Shown piece after piece: positions 26,563-34,763 of a stretch of 48,543 bases of DNA. Positions within the stretch are counted from its first letter, which is position 1; each line of letters begins with the position of its first letter. Under the pieces are notes generated by a model that was not told the origin of the DNA, did not search any database, and saw only the letters and a list, made by a program, of their open reading frames with translations. The DNA comes from a virus. Lineage: Duplodnaviria; Caudoviricetes. A program made the position numbers and the translations under genes. Where the stretch lies: positions 1-48,543 of IMG/VR virus record IMGVR_UViG_3300043039_000024. The stretch is one strand, 5' to 3'.

Positions 26563-26859
26563 CTATTGCTCGTGTTGATCTGAAGGATCGTACTTGTATT
26601 TGTCAATGCTTTTCAGGAACCTGATGCACATTGCGGCGGTCTGGACAGCTTCTGCTCGAACGTCGCTTTCCGTGCTTTTACCCGGCTCGTAGATAACCTC
26701 AAGGATGGCCTGTTTAAGCTCTCCAAGTTCCTCTGCGATAACATCAGACGCGTGAACCGGATCAGTTGACCATGTTGGAAATTTACGCGTTGCGCGCATT
26801 ACCTCATCGTTGATTTCCTCATATATTTTTGAGTTATCAACATAGATTGGATATAACAT
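26563..26859 (-). CDS. MazG-like NTP pyrophosphohydrolase
   Basis: EELGELKQA...EAVQTAAM; TGATG coupling; GAGG RBS. Confidence 0.7.
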   Translation of the reverse strand: MLYPIYVDNSKIYEEINDEVMRATRKFPTWSTDPVHASDVIAEELGELKQAILEVIYEPGKSTESDVRAEAVQTAAMCIRFLKSIDKYKYDPSDQHEQ

Positions 26860-27146
26860 CAATTCATCCTCGCAATAATATCGCTGTTTAAACCATTTGC
26901 ATATGCCGAATTGCCAACAATGCCAGCCTTCGATGTTTCTTTCATGCTTTCCGTGGTGTAACGTCGGGCCTGATCCATCCATTTGCCATAGCCGCAATCA
27001 TCTCCACGTTTACGGCATTTGGCGGCTTGTGCGAGCGAATAACGGCGCTCGGTTTCGTATGATATAATGGCTTCGGCATGGTCTGCTTTGCTGCATAAAT
27101 TACCCAGTGCCATTTTCATAATTCTGGCTAATGTACTAGTCGACAT
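26859..27146 (-). CDS. Hypothetical protein
   Basis: Tiles between rusA and the MazG-like gene. Confidence 0.5.
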   Translation of the reverse strand: MSTSTLARIMKMALGNLCSKADHAEAIISYETERRYSLAQAAKCRKRGDDCGYGKWMDQARRYTTESMKETSKAGIVGNSAYANGLNSDIIARMN

Positions 27147-27501
27147 TTAGTTTTCCAATTTTGATTTCAACGTACCCACCAATATGCTTTGATTTTTTGA
27201 TGGAAAGTTCCCATTTGCTATCATCAACTTCAATCTGTTGTGAAATTGCATCTAGTCCTGACTTGATAGATGCCAGCATATTATCCCAATCACGTCGTCG
27301 TTTATCTGGCGGATAAAACGTAATTGATAAATGTAATTCATCAGCTTCAATCTTTTTCACACCTTGTGCCTTTAGCTCCCATCCGCATTCACTACGGTAC
27401 TTTTTTTTGACCCTTGCCAGCGCATGGTGATGCACACGGGCATTAGGGCTTAATTCTTTTGGGGGCCAAGGTAGACGAATGATCATTTTTGAACCCGGCA
27501 T
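27136..27501 (-). CDS. rusA: RusA-like Holliday junction resolvase
   Basis: LPWPP, PPDKRRRDWDN, K...D...DD. Confidence 0.85.
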   Translation of the reverse strand: MPGSKMIIRLPWPPKELSPNARVHHHALARVKKKYRSECGWELKAQGVKKIEADELHLSITFYPPDKRRRDWDNMLASIKSGLDAISQQIEVDDSKWELSIKKSKHIGGYVEIKIGKLNVD

Positions 27502-27734
27502 TGATCGCGATACACATCAAGCATAGCTCGTTCGTGATCGAGATCGTCGGGATCCATAGCGCGTTCCTTGATGATACGGCGCATATATTTCGGCTCAAAT
27601 CCTGTCGCTTTCGCCTCTGCAAAAACTTCTTTCTGATCTGCCATAATGTTTTGTTTTTCTTCTTCAAGTCGTTCAATGCGCTGAATAAAACTTTCAAGCT
27701 GATTGTTTACTTCATTTTCGGCATGGCTTCGCAT
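27483..27734 (-). CDS. gapR: GapR/DUF2312 DNA-binding protein
   Basis: QLESFIQRIERLEEEK...KEVFAEAKATGF...R.IIKER. Confidence 0.9.
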   Translation of the reverse strand: MRSHAENEVNNQLESFIQRIERLEEEKQNIMADQKEVFAEAKATGFEPKYMRRIIKERAMDPDDLDHERAMLDVYRDQCRVQK

Positions 27735-27753
27735 GTTGTTTCCCTCTGTTGAA

Positions 27754-27829
27754 TGGTGTCCCCGGCTGGATTCGAACCAACGTCTTAACCGTTATGAGCG
27801 GCCTGCACTAACCACTATGCTACAAGGAC
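27754..27829 (-). tRNA. tRNA with CAT anticodon, probably tRNA-Ile2 (lysidine) rather than Met
   Basis: 76-nt cloverleaf: acceptor GTCCTTG/CGGGGAC, anticodon arm GGCCG-CTCATAA-CGGTT, TTCGAAT T-loop, encoded CCA. Confidence 0.92.
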
Positions 27830-27830
27830 A

Positions 27831-27853
27831 AAAGAACCGGGCCTAAACCCGGC
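27831..27853 (-). terminator. Terminator-like hairpin immediately upstream of the tRNA
   Basis: CCGGG-TTTAGG-CCCGG followed by TTCTTTT. Confidence 0.45.
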
Positions 27854-28356
27854 TGAGTTTGGTTTTTTATGAGCAAATCAACATCTGGTCAGAGACCAAA
27901 AACGCCTTTCTCTGATAATGATGATGATAATGATGGGACCACCCCATCTATAAACACACGCATGAGCTTATAGATATGGCAGTAAGTGCGGGCCTTGACG
28001 GGACGCCTTCACGCCAGCAAACGGGTCTTTGTTGCTTATCCGTCTATGCCTCCGAGATCAGGCTCTCGTTAACATCGACTTCCTGATTGCCGCCGCACCG
28101 TGGTAAACATCATGCAAGGTTATCAATCTTGACCGCCGAAAGGAGGGAGGCGGATGGTACATAATGCTTACCACGCTAAGGCGAAGGTGGTGCGGGCCGG
28201 GCGCGACCCCAGCACCGCTTAGAAGGGCATAGCGGTAAATGCTCGAACCTGTTTCGCGCCCCAAAGGACTGTGTGACATTCGGACCCTACGTCGCATTGC
28301 GTTGCTTAACGCCGCCGCACCAATCAGCACCCCGTAAGATGCTCGTTGCTATGGCG

Positions 28357-28412
28357 AAAAGGGACGGGGAATTTCACCCCGCCAAGTTTAGGCGCTCAGG
28401 GAGGAAAGCGCC
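28357..28412 (-). ncRNA. Anti-SD (CCUCCC-loop) hairpin plus terminator hairpin; cuckoo-like sRNA element
   Basis: GGCGCT-TTCCTCCCTG-AGCGCC, AAACT, GGCGGGG..CCCCGTC, CCTTTT. Confidence 0.45.
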
Positions 28413-28421
28413 ACTGGGGAA

Positions 28422-28646
28422 CTAGATAGGGTTTCCGTGCTTGTCACATTCTCGCCAAAACCCTTTTTTGTTTAGGTGGCTTGATTTGATTGTTAAAGTT
28501 GCCGTGATCTCGTATCCATCATCGCCAATAATATTTGGGTCTCCAAAATCATCAACGCAATCAGACGAATAAACTTTTCCTGCAGTAATATAATAGCATC
28601 CGTCATAATCAGTCTTTACGTACCGCGTCATTTTAATTGTCCTCAT
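28422..28646 (-). CDS. Hypothetical protein paralogous to the C-terminal half of 12998-13579
   Basis: YVKTDYDGCYYITAGKVY...HLN..G.W..CD. Confidence 0.7.
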   Translation of the reverse strand: MRTIKMTRYVKTDYDGCYYITAGKVYSSDCVDDFGDPNIIGDDGYEITATLTIKSSHLNKKGFWRECDKHGNPI

Positions 28647-28845
28647 TCATCATCTTGTAAAGCATATCAGACGTTACGCCCTTGACGTGGCATATTCGGG
28701 CCGCCCGAACCACATCTTTAAATCGCTTGGGCGGTATGCCCTTTTTAGTCCAGTTCCATACTGTTTTCGGACTAACGCCAATGTGGTGCGCAAGGTCAGT
28801 GTACGAATGGAACCTGTCTAATATTTCCTTGTGCATCTTATGCAT
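28633..28845 (-). CDS. Cro-like HTH regulator
   Basis: LAHHIGVSPKTVWNWTKKGIP; first gene after the divergent promoter; GAGGG RBS. Confidence 0.8.
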   Translation of the reverse strand: MHKMHKEILDRFHSYTDLAHHIGVSPKTVWNWTKKGIPPKRFKDVVRAARICHVKGVTSDMLYKMMNEDN

Positions 28846-28868
28846 CGCGCCCTCTTGTTTCTGATTGC

Positions 28869-28973
28869 ATCCTATCACATCGAAAAAAGGCGTCAATAAC
28901 TTTTCTCTCGATTTTCCATTTTTTTTCTCTTGACGATGGAATTTACATGGCGCATATATAGTGCATCGAAACA
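28869..28973. promoter_or_regulatory. Divergent promoter pair
   Basis: Minus: TTGACG(28896)-N16-TAGGAT; plus: TTGACG(28930)-N17-CATATA then ATCGAAACA; located at the strand switch. Confidence 0.75.
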
Positions 28974-28992
28974 CAAATGATGGATTTTACAG

Positions 28993-29262
28993 ATGAAATA
29001 TATCGCATACCTTGATGAATTATATGCAGAACGCGCCAAGATTGTGGGCGCGAATGATTTGGTTACCAAGACGGTCAAGTTTTGGGCGGAATTTATCGAT
29101 TTGAACGACGACGACAAGGAGCTTGCCAATAGCTACATTACCGATTTGATTGGCGATACTGTTGGAGCACGTCTCCGTAACATCAGCCGTGAAATTGCGG
29201 AGCTTGAAGCAGAGGAAGATGGGCCGAACCCGGCTAAGCTTGGAAAGGAGGATTTGGTATGA
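28993..29262 (+). CDS. Hypothetical acidic protein
   Basis: First ORF after the plus-strand promoter. Confidence 0.65.
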   Translation: MKYIAYLDELYAERAKIVGANDLVTKTVKFWAEFIDLNDDDKELANSYITDLIGDTVGARLRNISREIAELEAEEDGPNPAKLGKEDLV

Positions 29263-29429
29263 ATGACATTGAAAATAATGCGCGCCATGAACAGGATGAA
29301 ATCGGCATCTGGGAAAATTTAGACGGAAGCCGAGACTGGCCCGCGATTATCGTTACCTTGGTTTTTTGCGTCGTTATCCCGCTGGCGATGGCGGGAACTG
29401 TGTATTATTTTGCGTGGGGGATGAAATGA
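29259..29429 (+). CDS. 56-aa single-TM protein (not in the ORF track)
   Basis: AAGGAGG RBS; ATGA overlaps at both ends; WPAIIVTLVFCVVIPLAMAGTVYYFAW. Confidence 0.65.
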   Translation: MNDIENNARHEQDEIGIWENLDGSRDWPAIIVTLVFCVVIPLAMAGTVYYFAWGMK

Positions 29430-30196
29430 GCAAGATTAAGCTAGGGCCGGGCGACTATGTAATGGCGTCTGATATTAAAGGCGAGGAGATGCACAACAAG
29501 CTGCGGGAAGCGTTCCGGGATGCGGGGTGTTTAGTATTAGATGATCGCGCCAGTTATCAGGTCGGCGAAATTTTTCAATGCGTCGTTTGGGGTGAAAGAT
29601 CTCTTTTATGGACCGAGGGCCATTCGAGTATTTGCCATCGCCGCGTATACCCAGACCAGATTTTAGGAAAAGATGAAATGATGATAATTGAGGCGCTAAA
29701 GCCCGGAATGCGGGCAAAGATTAATCTAAATGGAAATGATTGCACTATCGTTGAAAATAGAAATAACGCGATCATGGTTTGCAATGACCAAGGGCAAGAC
29801 CGTTATATCTCAAATATATCTTACTTAACTTCAACGGAATACGAAATCATCAAAGATGACGGACCGTGGAAGGCATCATCAGAAGAAGGTGGATATTACG
29901 TTAGTCAGTCCGATGGAAAAGTCATAAAGGCTATTGTTGGCACGGTTGAATTACCTCTGCGGACAAAAGAAGCCGCCGAACAAATGGCAAAAATTCAAAA
30001 GGTTTACACGGCGCTTATGAATATGCCGGGGGCATTTGAGGGTGATAGTTATCATGTGTATTTTTCATCCGGAAATCTTAGGTTTGATCATTTGCTAAAA
30101 AGACCAGAAAGCGTATTTGATGTACCATTTGATACGCATGATAATGCAGAAAATGCCGCAACCTACGCAAACAAGATGTTGCGCGATATGAAATAA
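29426..30196 (+). CDS. PGDY-domain paralog 3
   Basis: LGPGDYVMASDIKGEEMHNKLREAFRDAGC...RRVYPDQIL. Confidence 0.7.
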   Translation: MSKIKLGPGDYVMASDIKGEEMHNKLREAFRDAGCLVLDDRASYQVGEIFQCVVWGERSLLWTEGHSSICHRRVYPDQILGKDEMMIIEALKPGMRAKINLNGNDCTIVENRNNAIMVCNDQGQDRYISNISYLTSTEYEIIKDDGPWKASSEEGGYYVSQSDGKVIKAIVGTVELPLRTKEAAEQMAKIQKVYTALMNMPGAFEGDSYHVYFSSGNLRFDHLLKRPESVFDVPFDTHDNAENAATYANKMLRDMK

Positions 30197-30200
30197 CACC

Positions 30201-30229
30201 TTGCAATAGCCGAAACTTAATCATACTAT
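30201..30229 (+). promoter_or_regulatory. Sigma70-type promoter
   Basis: TTGCAA-N17-TACTAT upstream of the HTH gene. Confidence 0.65.
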
Positions 30230-30251
30230 GGCATGAAAGAAGGGAGACGAT

Positions 30252-30449
30252 ATGACGCCGCAACAGGTCAGTGACTTTTTGAAGGAAATGGGTTGGTCGC
30301 AAGCCACCCTAGGGCGAATGCTCGGCAAAGACGCCCAGACAATCAATAGCTACGCGACAAAAGGAGTGCCTAAGACAATGCGGGGCCTAGTATCGCTGGC
30401 GTGTCTGGCGCTAAAACATGGCCATCGGGCCGGTGACCTTGATAAATGA
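30252..30449 (+). CDS. XRE-like HTH protein
   Basis: LKEMGWSQATLGRMLGKDAQTINSY; GGGAG RBS. Confidence 0.8.
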   Translation: MTPQQVSDFLKEMGWSQATLGRMLGKDAQTINSYATKGVPKTMRGLVSLACLALKHGHRAGDLDK

Positions 30450-30456
30450 GGGCGCA

Positions 30457-30975
30457 ATGACTGACGGTATAGATAAGAAAATCAGCAAAGCCCGCGCTGA
30501 ACTTTCTAAATGGCATGAACTGCGGCAACAGCTAGAGGGTATTGACGCAGACCCAGAAGAACTTTTCGACACCCTTGATGGCGAAACTGAACTGACTGAC
30601 GCACTGCTTATGATTGCGGATGAAATCGAAGAACGCCAAACGATGAGTAAAGCAATTGGAGAGCGTATCAAGGATATTCAGGAACGCAAAAGTCGCGTTG
30701 ATCATTCTATTGATACTTTACGACAGATCATTCTTGTCACAATGTCACGGGCAGAAATACCCAAAATAAAAGGCGATTTTTGCACCCTTTCAATTAGCGA
30801 AACAAAGCCAAAAGCTGATATTTTTGATGAGGCATTAATACCAGCTAAATTCTGGAAGGCGCAAGACCCCAAGCTGGATAAGGCGGCCCTGACAAAATCA
30901 GTAAATGACGGCGAAGCAATACCGGGCGTCCAAAAAACGAACGGCGGAATTAACATTATTATTCGGAGAAAGTAA
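30457..30975 (+). CDS. Siphovirus Gp157 family protein
   Basis: DTLDGE, coiled coil, DEALIP.KFWK...KLDK...GEAIPGV. Confidence 0.85.
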   Translation: MTDGIDKKISKARAELSKWHELRQQLEGIDADPEELFDTLDGETELTDALLMIADEIEERQTMSKAIGERIKDIQERKSRVDHSIDTLRQIILVTMSRAEIPKIKGDFCTLSISETKPKADIFDEALIPAKFWKAQDPKLDKAALTKSVNDGEAIPGVQKTNGGINIIIRRK

Positions 30976-31895
30976 TGAACAACGTTGTTAAAATGAACCA
31001 TGCGGTAGCACCTAGCGATATGAACGCTAGCCAGCTAAAGCTGATCAAGTCAACGCTTGCAAAAGATTGCAATGAAAGCGAATTTGATCTGTTTATCGAA
31101 ATGGCTAAACGGCACGGCCTTGACCCTATTCGTCGCCAGATTTACGCAATGGTTACCAGCAAGAATAACCAAGATAAGCGGCAATTGGTCGTGGTGACTG
31201 GTATTGATGGATATCGGGCAAAGGCCGCTCGTTGCGGTGATTATCGACCAGATGAAAATGAGCCTGAAATCTCATATTCGCCAGAGTTGAAAGATCCAAA
31301 AGTAAATCCTCTTGGTATCGAAAAGGCTGTTGTCACGTGCTTTAAGCAAGATAACAAGGGCGATTGGAACCATGTTCGCGGTGTGGCGTATTGGGATGAA
31401 TTTGCACCAATAACAGAAGTTTGGGAATATGATCAGGAACAGGGCAAGAAAGCTCCATCTGGTAAATTTGAACTGCAAAAAGGTAACTGGCTGAAAATGG
31501 GCCGCGTGATGATTGCTAAATGCGCAGAAGCCCAAGCATTACGCAAGGGTTGGCCAGAGGAATTTGGCGGTCTGTACGTTGCCGAAGAAATGGATAACAC
31601 AATTTCCGCGTCCGAAGCCGTTGAACGCGCAGAAGTAGAACGCCGACTTGCTTTGACGAACGGAAAAAATGCAATCTCAATGCAGTTTAAGGCAGGTAAC
31701 CCAATTGAGGCCGTGCCAATCGGTGACTTTGTAGACCGTGTAATCAGCTTTGCAAGCGAGGCAGAAAGCCCGACAGAAATCACCAATTTTATGCACCAAA
31801 ACAAGCAGGGTTTAAGCGAATTTTGGGCCTGTCATAAAAGCGACGGGCTTGAATTGAAAAAGTCACTCGAAAAGAGGATTGCCGATATATCATGA
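30975..31895 (+). CDS. bet: Single-strand annealing recombinase (Bet/RecT family)
   Basis: GLDPIRRQIY, GIDGYR..A, MIAKCAEAQALRKGWPE..GGLY..EEM. Confidence 0.93.
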   Translation: MNNVVKMNHAVAPSDMNASQLKLIKSTLAKDCNESEFDLFIEMAKRHGLDPIRRQIYAMVTSKNNQDKRQLVVVTGIDGYRAKAARCGDYRPDENEPEISYSPELKDPKVNPLGIEKAVVTCFKQDNKGDWNHVRGVAYWDEFAPITEVWEYDQEQGKKAPSGKFELQKGNWLKMGRVMIAKCAEAQALRKGWPEEFGGLYVAEEMDNTISASEAVERAEVERRLALTNGKNAISMQFKAGNPIEAVPIGDFVDRVISFASEAESPTEITNFMHQNKQGLSEFWACHKSDGLELKKSLEKRIADIS

Positions 31896-32095
31896 GCTAT
31901 TCACTTTACGTGACTGGTCAGGATGAATTTGTAGCCGCATTCCGTGCCGCCGTAGAAAAGAGTGATACTATCGAACAGGTGCGTCATATTGCGGCCATGA
32001 ACGCAGATGAAATAAAGACAATGGATGATCAAATCAGGCAAATGCTGCGGACGTGTGTTCAGAGCCGTATTCACTTTTTAGGATATATGCCGTGA
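31892..32095 (+). CDS. Hypothetical protein
   Basis: ATGA coupling to bet. Confidence 0.6.
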   Translation: MSYSLYVTGQDEFVAAFRAAVEKSDTIEQVRHIAAMNADEIKTMDDQIRQMLRTCVQSRIHFLGYMP

Positions 32096-32157
32096 TTGAT
32101 CAAAGTCGCGGTGTCAAATCGTCGCAACGAGCTTGCGCAAAAACCATAGGTGATAGA

Positions 32158-32394
32158 ATGGAATGGAAACCGATTGGAGATCTACCAGCAGAGGCATGTG
32201 ACGGGCGACAGTTTGCCATTTTAACATCGCATGGCGATATAGAGGTTGGATCATATGAGCCAATTTTTGGAAATGAATATAAGCAAATTGAGGGTGACGT
32301 ATACCGAAAAGAAAAGATAAAGCTTTATGATTGGTCAGGGTTTAACAACTTTGACAATGCGGAATGGTTTTTCTTTTTCCCGGACCTGCCGTAA
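32158..32394 (+). CDS. Hypothetical protein (DUF551-like)
   Basis: MEWKPI...W....P.LP pattern; AGGTG RBS. Confidence 0.55.
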   Translation: MEWKPIGDLPAEACDGRQFAILTSHGDIEVGSYEPIFGNEYKQIEGDVYRKEKIKLYDWSGFNNFDNAEWFFFFPDLP

Positions 32395-32870
32395 TGCCTG
32401 AAATAATCATCCGCGAACAGCGCAACATCGATTACGCCATCAAGCAATTGACGGAAATTGATCTCTCAAAACCGCACGTAGTGAAGATAAATGAGTTCAA
32501 GCGCACACGATCAGCGGCGCAAAACTCGCTTCTGTGGAAATGGCTAACCGTTATTGGTAACATCGTTGGGCTAACAAAAGACGAACTGCACCTGCAATTC
32601 AAGGCACAGTATCTAATGCCTATCGTGCTGCGTGATGACCTTGATGATTATGCGATAGATGTGCATAACAAAATGCGTGCAATGTGGGCTGGTGGCGCAA
32701 AGGAAGACGCCAGCATGATCAAGCGGTTGCTAGTCAATTACATTTCGACAAGCTGGATGAACCGTAGGCAATTCACCGAATACCTTCACGAGATTGAAGG
32801 ATACGCACGGGATGGCGAAATTGCATTGCCATACCCGGATGAATATAACCAAGCTATGGGGGTTAAATGA
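32394..32870 (+). CDS. ninB: NinB/YbcN-like recombination protein
   Basis: RS.AQN.LLWKW; STSWMN..QF.EYL..IE. Confidence 0.75.
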   Translation: MPEIIIREQRNIDYAIKQLTEIDLSKPHVVKINEFKRTRSAAQNSLLWKWLTVIGNIVGLTKDELHLQFKAQYLMPIVLRDDLDDYAIDVHNKMRAMWAGGAKEDASMIKRLLVNYISTSWMNRRQFTEYLHEIEGYARDGEIALPYPDEYNQAMGVK

Positions 32871-33187
32871 TCCCAAAATCGCAACCACATAACCGCCCAA
32901 AACCTTCAACCGCCATCCGAAAATCAGCACGCGGTCAACAATGCACGTTGCGGCTTAATTGCTGCAACGGCAACCCGGAAACAACTGTCCTTGCTCACAT
33001 ACGTAGTGCGGCATGGGCGGGGACAGGGTGTAAGCCTAGCGACCTGCTAAGCCTGTATGCTTGCTCATCATGCCATGACGTAATGGATGGGCGCGCAAAG
33101 GGAGAATGCAGCGACGGGGATATATTGCGGGCGCATTGTGAAACGCTGCTGATTTTGGTACGTGATGGCGTGGTGAAAATAAAGTGA
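32867..33187 (+). CDS. DUF1364/YbcO-like nuclease-domain protein
   Basis: SARGQQCTLR...CN.NPETTVLAH...ACSSCHD..DGR. Confidence 0.85.
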   Translation: MIPKSQPHNRPKPSTAIRKSARGQQCTLRLNCCNGNPETTVLAHIRSAAWAGTGCKPSDLLSLYACSSCHDVMDGRAKGECSDGDILRAHCETLLILVRDGVVKIK

Positions 33188-33189
33188 AG

Positions 33190-33255
33190 AAACTTCTTGC
33201 AATGTAGTTTTGATGGTGTATGATCACTTTATCGAAACAACGAACCAAGGATTAA
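33190..33255 (+). promoter_or_regulatory. Sigma70-type promoter with ATCGAAACA leader
   Basis: AAACTTCTTGCAA-N16-TATGAT-CA-CTTTATCGAAACA..AACCAAGGATTAA. Confidence 0.75.
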
Positions 33256-33259
33256 GGCA

Positions 33260-33520
33260 ATGGAAAATGTAACGCAGTCGATGCTGTCGATCTTAACCGG
33301 CGCAAAATATAGCAAGTTTGATAACAAGATGTATACCAGCGTTGAAATTGCCGGTGGCCGCAAAGTTTTAGAAAAATTGGTTTCCCTTGGCCTCCTGATC
33401 CAGCCCGATGATAGTAACGCCCCGTACCATCATTTCAAGGGTCGTTATCACCTAACAGATCACGGGACGGTGCTTCGGTTCAACGCTTTGCATAATGCAC
33501 ACCTCGTATACAAGGATTAA
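33260..33520 (+). CDS. Hypothetical protein, possibly winged helix
   Basis: VLEKLVSLGLL...YHLTDHG; AAGGA RBS. Confidence 0.65.
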   Translation: MENVTQSMLSILTGAKYSKFDNKMYTSVEIAGGRKVLEKLVSLGLLIQPDDSNAPYHHFKGRYHLTDHGTVLRFNALHNAHLVYKD

Positions 33521-33524
33521 AGAA

Positions 33525-33776
33525 ATGGCTAAAATTAATCATTCATCGAATAACAGGTGCATGTCGATAGAACAAGCGAATGCAGAAGTGAATACTTGGC
33601 TGTCATTATCTGACAAAAAAGACATTACAGTGTGGAAGGGAAAGTCTAGCTGCGCTGTTTATCATAATGCTGAAGGATATTGCCACAAGGTCAGCAAGAA
33701 AATTGCCGACATGTTCATTGATATCAAAGGTCTTGTCGTGGTCTGGGAGGAAAAAAACGGAAAAGCCTATGACTGA
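33525..33776 (+). CDS. Hypothetical protein
   Basis: AAGGATTAA RBS. Confidence 0.6.
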   Translation: MAKINHSSNNRCMSIEQANAEVNTWLSLSDKKDITVWKGKSSCAVYHNAEGYCHKVSKKIADMFIDIKGLVVVWEEKNGKAYD

Positions 33777-33800
33777 TATGCGTAGCTAGATCATATCAAC

Positions 33801-33820
33801 GGCGGGGCTTCGGCTCCGCC
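33801..33820 (+). other. cUUCGg hairpin without a U-tract (processing or stability element)
   Basis: GGCGGGGC-TTCG-GCTCCGCC directly before an AACCAAGGATTAA RBS. Confidence 0.5.
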
Positions 33821-33840
33821 ACTAACCAAGGATTAAAGCA

Positions 33841-34032
33841 ATGGATGATGAAAGTATGAGTAACAAGAAAACAGCCAGAGAACACGCAAAAGAAATCAAG
33901 GGGTCAGGCGTTCGGTGCAACTGCGACCTCGACAATTGGGAGCAGGAAGCACGCACGGGTCATAGCCATGTATGCCGAATACACAAACTGGCCATCGCCA
34001 AAGTGCATCTCCAAAGCGGAGGTCGATCATGA
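33841..34032 (+). CDS. Small Cys/His protein
   Basis: CNCDLDNW...GHSHVCRIH; AAGGA RBS. Confidence 0.6.
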   Translation: MDDESMSNKKTAREHAKEIKGSGVRCNCDLDNWEQEARTGHSHVCRIHKLAIAKVHLQSGGRS

Positions 34033-34253
34033 CTACCCGTGAACGCAAGATACAATGGCTTCGAAACATTGGCCGGTACGAGATCAATAAGCTGGTGGAA
34101 AAAATATTTAGTGAAAGAGGCGCAGACTGGTTGACAGATGAACAAATCTACGACCTGACCAGAAAGCGCGTGGCTGATTGGCGGAACGATCTACATTTTC
34201 AAATGCGTAATCGCAAGCGGAGAAGAATAAATGACCATTCGAGAATGGATTAA
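34029..34253 (+). CDS. Hypothetical basic protein
   Basis: GGAGG RBS; ATGA coupling. Confidence 0.6.
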   Translation: MTTRERKIQWLRNIGRYEINKLVEKIFSERGADWLTDEQIYDLTRKRVADWRNDLHFQMRNRKRRRINDHSRMD

Positions 34254-34452
34254 GCAAACTTTGGCTTTCGGATTGCTGTTTTTCGGAATGATTGCGTTGC
34301 TGTGTATTGGCAGTGATTAAGTGCATCAAATGCGATAACCCGGTTCACCACGCGGAACTTTGCCTTGATCATTATCGGGACAAGTTCGAGCGTGAAACCG
34401 GGTTATCGTACCATATTTACAGATGCGATACATCATGTGGAATTTACCATAC

Positions 34453-34485
34453 AAAAAGGCGCTACCAAATTAATGATAGCGCCTT
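34453..34485 (-). terminator. Intrinsic terminator ending the late/lysis transcript at the convergence point
   Basis: AAGGCGCTA...TAGCGCCTT stem with TTTTT on the minus strand. Confidence 0.7.
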
Positions 34486-34571
34486 AACTCATGGCTGGTG
34501 ATGTATAAATCGACAGCCGGAAACATCCTACTACACAGTTGTGCTGCTTTCAGATATTGCCATCATTATAC

Positions 34572-34763
34572 CTAATTGCAGATGCGTTGCCAAGCCTCAT
34601 TACGAGCCAATATCTGATTTACCGTGCCATCTGTCAGAACGTCATCTTTACTTGGGTAAATTGGCAGCGCCCATTCACATCCAGAACTAATCACGCTGCC
34701 ATTCACGCAGCCGCTCACGGTTGCTGTCAGGGTCAGAACGCATAATATCGTCTTGTACTTCAT
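34572..34763 (-). CDS. o-spanin (Rz1-like lipoprotein)
   Basis: Signal peptide with VSGC lipobox; overlaps the i-spanin in another frame. Confidence 0.75.
   Translation of the reverse strand: MKYKTILCVLTLTATVSGCVNGSVISSGCEWALPIYPSKDDVLTDGTVNQILARNEAWQRICN

Noticed and set aside
27754-27829. tRNA as an attP site
   Set aside because: No integrase found and no duplicated tRNA 3' end
28058-28330. 90-aa ORF in the region upstream of the tRNA
   Set aside because: No clear RBS, atypical composition, overlaps hairpins
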